Assembly (NCBI GenBank): GCA_020026275.1
Contig: JAHHQQ010000010.1
Span: forward strand, 1,174-65,173
Reading direction: 5' to 3'
Length of the DNA: 64,000 nt
Source of the DNA: Bacteroidales bacterium
GTDB lineage: Bacteria; Bacteroidota; Bacteroidia; Bacteroidales; UBA932
The position numbers and the translations under genes were made by a program. Position 1 is the stretch's first letter. Each line of letters begins with the position of its first letter. The notes beneath the pieces were generated by a model, which was not told the origin of the DNA, did no database searches, and saw nothing but the letters and a program-made list of their open reading frames with translations. Shown here piece by piece: positions 57,594 to 64,000 of this stretch.

Positions 57594-59030
57594 TTATCGG
57601 CTGTTGTAAGCCTGCAGAGCGGCGCGGAGCACAATCAGCGCTTTCTGCAAATCTTCAATTTTCAGGACATAGGCCATTCGCACCTGGTTTCTGCCCACCT
57701 CCTTGTGGGTGTAGAAGCCGGCAGCCGGAGCCATCATGACAGTGTAGCCGGTATATTCCTTGTCAAAATGAACCTTGTGCAGGGAAGGGACCAGCCCTCG
57801 GGCATGCTCCTGCTCTCCGACATCTGTCAGGGAATCGAAATATTTCGGCCCCTCTGGTTTCCGGTGCGGAAGAAACAGGTCAATGAGACCCCGGTCCAGT
57901 TCGGCGACAATCTCATTTTTCAGTGCCTGCTTGCGCTCGGCGCTATGGAGCCCGCTGCTTGCGGCGACGGTCTCAATGTCCTCCTCCGAAGGGAGATAGC
58001 TGAAATCGGTCAGACACCATTTGCAGAAGGCTTCGGCATCGTCCACCGGCAGGGAAGCCACCGTGTAGAAAGCTCCTTCCGGCATAGGGGAATAGACTCC
58101 CGGAATCTTGTTCAGTTCCTGGATGAAATAGTCCCGTCGTGCCTTGTATTCCTCGAAACAAGCCTTGGAATAGGCTTCCGTCCCCTCGATGGACGCCTCT
58201 GCCACAATCTGGCCCAGCAGCGGAGGACTCAGACGGGCCTGAGCGAATTTCAGAATCGTCTGCATCACCTTCTTGTTGTGCGTGGCGATCATGCCCACCC
58301 GGATGCCGCATTCGGAATAGCGCTTGGACACCGAATCCACCACAATCACATGATCTTCCATGCCATAGAGGGTCAGGGTGGAGACATACGGGTCGTCCAC
58401 ATAGACAAACTCACGGTACACCTCGTCCGCAATGAGGAAGAGGTCGTGCTTGAGGACAATGTCTCTCAGACGGAACAGCTCTTCGGAAGTGTAGAGGTGC
58501 CCGGTCGGGTTGTTCGGATTGCAGATGAGGATGGCCTTGGTCCGGGGCGTGATGGCGGCTTCAAATTCTTCGGCGGAAGGCAGGGCGAAACCGTCCTCGA
58601 TATGGGAGGTCACGGTCTTGACCGTAATGTCGGCCGCAACGGCGAAGCCCATGTAGTTGGCATAGCTCGGCTCGGTCATCAGCAGCTCGTCCCCAGGGTT
58701 GAAGCAGGCGAAATAGGTCAGCAGCAGGGCTTCCGAACCGCCGCAAGTCACCAGAATCTCGTCCGGTGTCAGATGGATTCCGAATTTCCTGTAATAGGAG
58801 GAGAATTTTTCGCGAAGGGAGGCGAACCCTTGTGAAGGGCTGTATTCAAGCGTCTTCCGGTCAATTTCCTTCATGGCATCCAAGGCCTGTCGAGGAGATT
58901 CCAGATCTGGCTGTCCGATATTGAGATGGAAAACTTTTACGTTACGTTTTTTTGCTGCCTCTGCGAAAGGGGCAAGTTTGCGGATAGGGGATGCCGGCAT
59001 GTCTGAACCGCGTTTTGAAACATCTGGCAT
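57594..59030 (-). CDS. PLP-dependent class I/II aminotransferase with an ~80-aa C-domain insertion
   Basis: HLNIGQPD, CNPNNPTG, ADEVYREF, DSVSKRYSECGIRVG, APAAGFY...VRMAYVL. Confidence 0.93.
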   Translation of the reverse strand: MPDVSKRGSDMPASPIRKLAPFAEAAKKRNVKVFHLNIGQPDLESPRQALDAMKEIDRKTLEYSPSQGFASLREKFSSYYRKFGIHLTPDEILVTCGGSEALLLTYFACFNPGDELLMTEPSYANYMGFAVAADITVKTVTSHIEDGFALPSAEEFEAAITPRTKAILICNPNNPTGHLYTSEELFRLRDIVLKHDLFLIADEVYREFVYVDDPYVSTLTLYGMEDHVIVVDSVSKRYSECGIRVGMIATHNKKVMQTILKFAQARLSPPLLGQIVAEASIEGTEAYSKACFEEYKARRDYFIQELNKIPGVYSPMPEGAFYTVASLPVDDAEAFCKWCLTDFSYLPSEEDIETVAASSGLHSAERKQALKNEIVAELDRGLIDLFLPHRKPEGPKYFDSLTDVGEQEHARGLVPSLHKVHFDKEYTGYTVMMAPAAGFYTHKEVGRNQVRMAYVLKIEDLQKALIVLRAALQAYNSR

Positions 59031-59232
59031 AGGAAAGTGGTTTTAAATAGTCATTCGATGAACTGCCCGCAGGGATCGGAAAGGTCCGGACTCCGCAATA
59101 CGGAACAGCAAATTGTTGATGTGCCCAAGTTAATGAATGTCCTGCATAAAAACAAATAGGAGGATTGCTTAAAAATTCATATATTTACATGATTCTATAT
59201 AATGTTGAAAAGAAAACCTTCCCCCAGGGAAG

Positions 59233-60804
59233 ATGAAATTGAAGGAAGATATGCAGAATCCAAAAGACATCCCCCAGCTCTCGAGTGTCAGCCGCCGCAT
59301 CGCGACCAACACGCTGCTGCTGTACGGACGTATGATCCTGCTGCTGCTGGTCAGCCTCTACACGTCCCGGGTCGTGCTCAATGCCCTGGGACAGTCCGAT
59401 TTCGGCATCTACAGCGTCATCGGCAGCGTGGTCGCCATGATGACCATCTTCTCCGGAGCCCTGACCAATGCCGTCAGCCGTTTTTTGACTTTCGAGTTGG
59501 GCAAGAAACAGAATCAGAACTTCAACAAGGTCTTCTCTACGGCCGTGCTTGTCCAGATTCTTTTGATCTTGGTCCTTGCCCTGGTGGCGGACCCGATTCT
59601 GGTCTGGTATGTCAATCATCATATGGACTTGCCTCCAGATCGTATGGTTGCCGCAAATTGGGTACTTCAGTGCGCAGTTCTGGTCTTTTTCGTCAATTTG
59701 TTGAGCGTACCGTACAACAGCGCCATCATCGCCCATGAGAAAATGGGTGCCTTCGCCTACATCAGCGTTCTGGAAGGAGTGCTCAATCTGGCGATTGCCA
59801 TCAGCCTCCAGTTTGCCGGATTTGACAAGTTGATTCTCTATGCAATCTTGATGGTCCTGGTGAAAGTCCTGATACGTCTCATCTATGGTATCTATTGCCG
59901 GAGACATTTCCCCGGCACCAAAGTCCATTTTGTCTGGGATGCCGGCCTGCTCAAACGGATTTTCAAATTTACCGGCTGGCTTGCCCTCGGCAACGGAATG
60001 AGCGTCATCAACACCCAAGGTGTCAACCAGCTGGTCAACCAGTTCTTCGGTGTGACTCTCAATGCCGCCACCGGACTGGCTGCCAAAGTGGAATCTTCCG
60101 TATCCGGCTTCGTGAACAATTTCATCACCGCCGTCAATCCTCAGATTACCAAGAGTTATGCCGCCCATGATCTGCAATATATGCATGAGCTGATGTGCAA
60201 AGGAGCCAAGTTCTCCTATATCATCATCTATTTCTTTGCTCTGCCGATTTTCTTGGAAGCTCCTTCTATCCTGGATCTCTGGCTCAAGTCCAATGTCCCG
60301 GAATACACCGTCGCCCTCGTTCGGATTACCTTGGCGAGCGCCCTGTTCCGATCTCTCGGCAATACAATTCTTACTGGTATCAATGCGACAGGAAGGGTTC
60401 GAAACTATCAGATTGCCGTCTCCATGGCGGCTTTCTTCGCTTTCCCGCTTTCCTGGCTGGCCTTCCACTATGGAGCCGCTCCATACGTGGCTTTCCTGAT
60501 TCTGATGGCGGTGGATTTCATACAGATTTTTGTGCGGCTCATCGTAACTCGGAAAGATACTGGCTTGACCCTCCGCCAGTTCTTCAATGCAGTCATCTGG
60601 CGGGTCCTGAAAGTAACCGTCATAGCGGCCCTTCCGCCACTGATGCTCCATTTCTTTCAGTCTCCGTCTCTTTGGCGTACCCTTGAGGTCTGCTTGCTGA
60701 GTTTTGCTTCGGTATTCGCAGCCTCCTACCTGTTTGCCGCTACTGAAGGAGAAAAGGCTTTTCTCCACCAGAAATTGCAGTCTCTCTTTCATTGCAAAGT
60801 ATGA
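59233..60804 (+). CDS. Polysaccharide flippase (Wzx/MOP superfamily)
   Basis: RIATNTLLLYGRM...LYTSRVVLNALG..DFGIY, IIAHEKM, AVNPQITKSYA; many TM segments. Confidence 0.9.
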   Translation: MKLKEDMQNPKDIPQLSSVSRRIATNTLLLYGRMILLLLVSLYTSRVVLNALGQSDFGIYSVIGSVVAMMTIFSGALTNAVSRFLTFELGKKQNQNFNKVFSTAVLVQILLILVLALVADPILVWYVNHHMDLPPDRMVAANWVLQCAVLVFFVNLLSVPYNSAIIAHEKMGAFAYISVLEGVLNLAIAISLQFAGFDKLILYAILMVLVKVLIRLIYGIYCRRHFPGTKVHFVWDAGLLKRIFKFTGWLALGNGMSVINTQGVNQLVNQFFGVTLNAATGLAAKVESSVSGFVNNFITAVNPQITKSYAAHDLQYMHELMCKGAKFSYIIIYFFALPIFLEAPSILDLWLKSNVPEYTVALVRITLASALFRSLGNTILTGINATGRVRNYQIAVSMAAFFAFPLSWLAFHYGAAPYVAFLILMAVDFIQIFVRLIVTRKDTGLTLRQFFNAVIWRVLKVTVIAALPPLMLHFFQSPSLWRTLEVCLLSFASVFAASYLFAATEGEKAFLHQKLQSLFHCKV

Positions 60805-60851
60805 GCGATAGACACCGGAACAACAATGAAACAACGAAAATTTTTAGAGAA

Positions 60852-62651
60852 ATGACACAGAACTATAGCACAGAACGCAACGTACAGATCCTGGTTTCCT
60901 TGCTTAAAGCCAATGGAATCCGTCAGGTTGTCGCTTCACCGGGCACTGCCAACATGGCATTGGTCATCAGTCTGCAGTCCGATCCCTTCTTCCAGATGTA
61001 TTCGGCACCGGACGAGCGATCTGCCGCCTATCTTGCTTGCGGTATGGCAGAAGAGAGCCGTGAGCCTGTCGTCATCACCTGTACCGGAGCCACTGCTTCA
61101 CGTAACTATTTTTCTGCACTGACGGAAGCATTCTATCGGAAATTGCCCATTCTTGCTGTTACCGGCACTTTGGGCCAAGGCTATGTCGGCACCCTCCATC
61201 CGCAGGTCATCGACCGTTCCGTCTGTCCGAAGGATACCTATTGCTATATGACCACTGCCAACAAGATTAAGGATAGTGAAGACGAATGGTTGTGCAATTG
61301 TGCCATCAACAAGGCTCTCATCCGGCTGCTCCGTCATCGTCAGCCAGTCCTGATTGATCTCCAGACCGTCGTCAGCAAGGAATTCGGTGTCCGGGAACTG
61401 CCTTCGGCCAGAGTCATAAGGAGCTATGCTCCAGGGAACCAGTTACCTGAAATGCCAATGGGCAGGGTGGTTCTTTTCATTGGGGCACATCCCGTCTGGA
61501 CCGAGGAAGAATCCGCACTCGTCGCACAGTTCTGCCGGCAGAGGGGCGCCGTTGTCCTGGCAGACCATACCGCCAACTTCAAAGGCCTTGCAGGGACCAC
61601 CCCTTCTTTGGCGGCCTTTCAGAAATATGCCCATACCGACCTGTTCAAGTGTGATCTGCTCATTCATCTGGGCTATGTCTGCGGAGATTACTATACCAGC
61701 GGAAAAATCCAGGCAGGCCAGGTGTGGCGTGTCAATGAAGACGGAGAAGTCCGTGACGACTTCCGCAAACAGACCGCCATCTTCCAGATGAAGGAAAGCG
61801 AATTCTTCCGCCACTACCTTCTGGACGATGATCTTGTCTCTTCCGAGAAATCCCAGTTCGCAGAGACGCCTTTCTGTGACCGCCCAGCCCTGGTCCTTTC
61901 CGGCGGCCAAGCTGTCCAGGAAGAATACCGCCAGCTGGAAGCACAATTGCCGGAACTGCCTTTCTCCAACATCTGGATGGCCCACGAACTGAGTGCCAGA
62001 CTGCCCGAGGGCAGTGTCCTCCATCTGGGGATCCTGAACTCTCTCCGCAGCTTCAACTTCTTCCGTCTCCCGGCCTCGGTCAATGTCTACAGCAATGTAG
62101 GCGGATTCGGAATCGACGGCTGCCTGTCTACCGTCGTCGGTGCCGCCCTGGCCTCCCCGGAGAAACTGTTCTTCTGTGTGCTCGGGGATTTGGCTTTCTT
62201 CTATGACATGAACGTGTTGGGAAACAGACATGTACCGGACAATCTGCGCATCTTGCTGGTGAACAACGGAAAGGGGGCCGAATTTACGAATTATACTCAC
62301 CCTGCCTCCCAGTTTGGCATGGAAGCCGAGACTTTCGTGGCGGCAGGAGGACACTATTCTGCCCGTCACATCGACCTGGTCCGGCACTATTGTGAAGATC
62401 TGGGCTTTTCCTATCGGAGAATCCAGTCCAAAGAAGAATTCCGACAGGCTCTGCCTTCCTTCGTCACTCCTGTCTTTGGAGAACATCCTGCCCTTTTGGA
62501 AGCCATGGTCTCCTCCGTTTCCGAAAGTGAGGCCCTGGAGTGTCTCAGCACCATTGCCGTACCTGGCCAGAAAGACAAACTGAAGAATGTGATCAAGGAT
62601 GCCATCGGCGAGAAAGCATTCAAGAACATCATGGACTTTGTAAAAAAATAG
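60852..62651 (+). CDS. MenD-like ThDP-dependent enzyme in a polysaccharide locus
   Basis: VASPGT, DERSAAY, CTGATASRNY, GGFGIDG, ThDP motif GDLAFFYD...NNGKG. Start at MTQNY. Confidence 0.85.
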   Translation: MTQNYSTERNVQILVSLLKANGIRQVVASPGTANMALVISLQSDPFFQMYSAPDERSAAYLACGMAEESREPVVITCTGATASRNYFSALTEAFYRKLPILAVTGTLGQGYVGTLHPQVIDRSVCPKDTYCYMTTANKIKDSEDEWLCNCAINKALIRLLRHRQPVLIDLQTVVSKEFGVRELPSARVIRSYAPGNQLPEMPMGRVVLFIGAHPVWTEEESALVAQFCRQRGAVVLADHTANFKGLAGTTPSLAAFQKYAHTDLFKCDLLIHLGYVCGDYYTSGKIQAGQVWRVNEDGEVRDDFRKQTAIFQMKESEFFRHYLLDDDLVSSEKSQFAETPFCDRPALVLSGGQAVQEEYRQLEAQLPELPFSNIWMAHELSARLPEGSVLHLGILNSLRSFNFFRLPASVNVYSNVGGFGIDGCLSTVVGAALASPEKLFFCVLGDLAFFYDMNVLGNRHVPDNLRILLVNNGKGAEFTNYTHPASQFGMEAETFVAAGGHYSARHIDLVRHYCEDLGFSYRRIQSKEEFRQALPSFVTPVFGEHPALLEAMVSSVSESEALECLSTIAVPGQKDKLKNVIKDAIGEKAFKNIMDFVKK

Positions 62652-62657
62652 AATAAG

Positions 62658-63689
62658 ATGAAAATAGGAATCCTGACTTTTCATTATGCGCTCAATTATG
62701 GTGCAATCCTCCAGGCTTATGCGACTTGTCGTTTTCTGGAAGGATTGGGACATCAGGCAGAAATCATAGATTATCGCAATCCGACCATCGAAGCAGGCTA
62801 CCGCAGCTTTTTCTGGAGCAAGAAAGCCCTCAAAGCAGCACCGCTGGAATATTGCTGGCGTTTCCTGCCCGACTATTTTCGTCGGCGTTCCCGCGCCAAG
62901 TCATTTCGCCGTTTCGTGATTGAAAGGATGAACGTTTCCTTCTTGTCCGAAAATTACGATGCTGTCCTGATTGGTAGTGACCAAGTCTGGAATAAGAATA
63001 TTACCGGTGGATATGACCAGCATTATTGGGGAGAATTTCCGACCACAGCCAAGAAGGTAGCCTGGTGTGCCAGTATGAATGTACTTGAACTTGATGGACC
63101 ACAGGAAATTCGGAAACGGCTGAAGAACTTTGATGCAATCAGTGTTCGGGAAGACAGCCTTCGGGAAATGTTGCAACCGCTGACCGATCTGCCAGTTACT
63201 GTGCTGCAAGACCCGGTTCTGCTGCTTTCCTCCAATGAATGGTCCGAACTGGCGGAACCTTATGGCAATTTTGGCAGACCTTATGTGCTGGCTTATCCGA
63301 TGCTCTGCGAAGAAGAAGTTATCCAACGTGCCCGCAAAGTGGCAGATGAAAAAGGGATAGATCTTATTGTCATCTCCAAGAATGCCGGCCGCAAACCATT
63401 TCGAGGACTGATTCAATGTGCCGGACCGGAAGATTTCATCTCTCTTGTCCGAGGCGCCTCCCAGATTGTGACTTCTTCATTCCATGGTGTCGCCTTTTCC
63501 CTGATCTATGGGAAACCTTACGAGGCGGTGGTTCCAGAAGGAGAGCGCAATCCTCGCATTGAATCGCTTGTCCGGCATGCAGGAGACCTTCCTGAGTTCA
63601 AGCAGCAGGCAATTGACTTTTTGCAGGATACCCTCGGTCCGGATTTCTTGAAAGAACCGGACCCGTCAGAAAGAATAACTATATTATAG
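62658..63689 (+). CDS. Polysaccharide pyruvyl transferase family protein
   Basis: GILTFHYALNYGAILQAYA, IGSDQVWN, ISVRE, DPVLLL, TSSFHG. Confidence 0.9.
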   Translation: MKIGILTFHYALNYGAILQAYATCRFLEGLGHQAEIIDYRNPTIEAGYRSFFWSKKALKAAPLEYCWRFLPDYFRRRSRAKSFRRFVIERMNVSFLSENYDAVLIGSDQVWNKNITGGYDQHYWGEFPTTAKKVAWCASMNVLELDGPQEIRKRLKNFDAISVREDSLREMLQPLTDLPVTVLQDPVLLLSSNEWSELAEPYGNFGRPYVLAYPMLCEEEVIQRARKVADEKGIDLIVISKNAGRKPFRGLIQCAGPEDFISLVRGASQIVTSSFHGVAFSLIYGKPYEAVVPEGERNPRIESLVRHAGDLPEFKQQAIDFLQDTLGPDFLKEPDPSERITIL

Positions 63690-63698
63690 GAGAGCGAT

Positions 63699-64000
63699 AT
63701 GAAAAAGGCGAGAATACTGTATATTCTTAATGAAGCGGAAGAACTGGGAGGCACTTCGCTGTCTCTGGAAAATCTGCTCCATTCGCTTGGAGATAAGATT
63801 GACCCCCTTCTTCTGCTCCGAGCCAAAGGACCTGTTCTGGAACATTTTCAGGCTCAAGGATACGAATGCTTGGTGGTGCCGTTCCGTTTCAACTACATAA
63901 CGGGTTCCGGCTGGTTCCGCAACCTGACCCTTCCGTTGAGGGCCATGAAGAACCGCTCTATCCGGAGAAAAGCAGTGAATACAGTATGCAAGTTGCTCAA
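63699..64000 (+). CDS. Glycosyltransferase, GT4-like N-terminus (3'-truncated)
   Basis: Manual translation MKKARILYILNEAEELGGTSLSLENLLHSL...GPVLEHF..GY; frame open to the window end. Confidence 0.75.
   Translation, partial: MKKARILYILNEAEELGGTSLSLENLLHSLGDKIDPLLLLRAKGPVLEHFQAQGYECLVVPFRFNYITGSGWFRNLTLPLRAMKNRSIRRKAVNTVCKLL

Overview
Chromosomal window from an anaerobic Bacteroidales-type bacterium. The assignment rests on TAnnTTTG promoters, few Shine-Dalgarno sites, grpE-dnaJ without dnaK, stand-alone parE, and DUF4831/DUF1573/GH130/GH89 genes. Most of it is housekeeping or conserved: an ABC-permease/TolC/sigma54 two-component cluster, two tRNA-Arg genes, rplS, dnaJ/grpE, ABC-F, trkA, slyD, tldE/tldD, pepD, rpsF-rpsR-rplI, parE, ferredoxin/LysR/PFOR, fabD, recG, pdxA, rnhA, rmlDACB, and the start of a polysaccharide locus (flippase, MenD-like ThDP enzyme, pyruvyltransferase family, glycosyltransferase). 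I saw no CRISPR array, prophage or intact mobile element. The best leads are: (1) a MenD-like enzyme coupled to flippase and pyruvyltransferase genes with no men genes in the window; (2) a zeta-toxin-like P-loop protein with no adjacent antitoxin, coupled to tldD-tldE-slyD; (3) an in-frame ~80-aa insertion in a class I aminotransferase; (4) a metallophosphoesterase plus fimbrillin-like/NAGPA lipoprotein pair next to a collapsed GH89 relic; (5) a RAYT-like transposase pseudogene after tRNA-Arg(CCG); (6) candidate cis-RNAs and an sRNA. All family calls come from motif recognition by eye; no searches were run.
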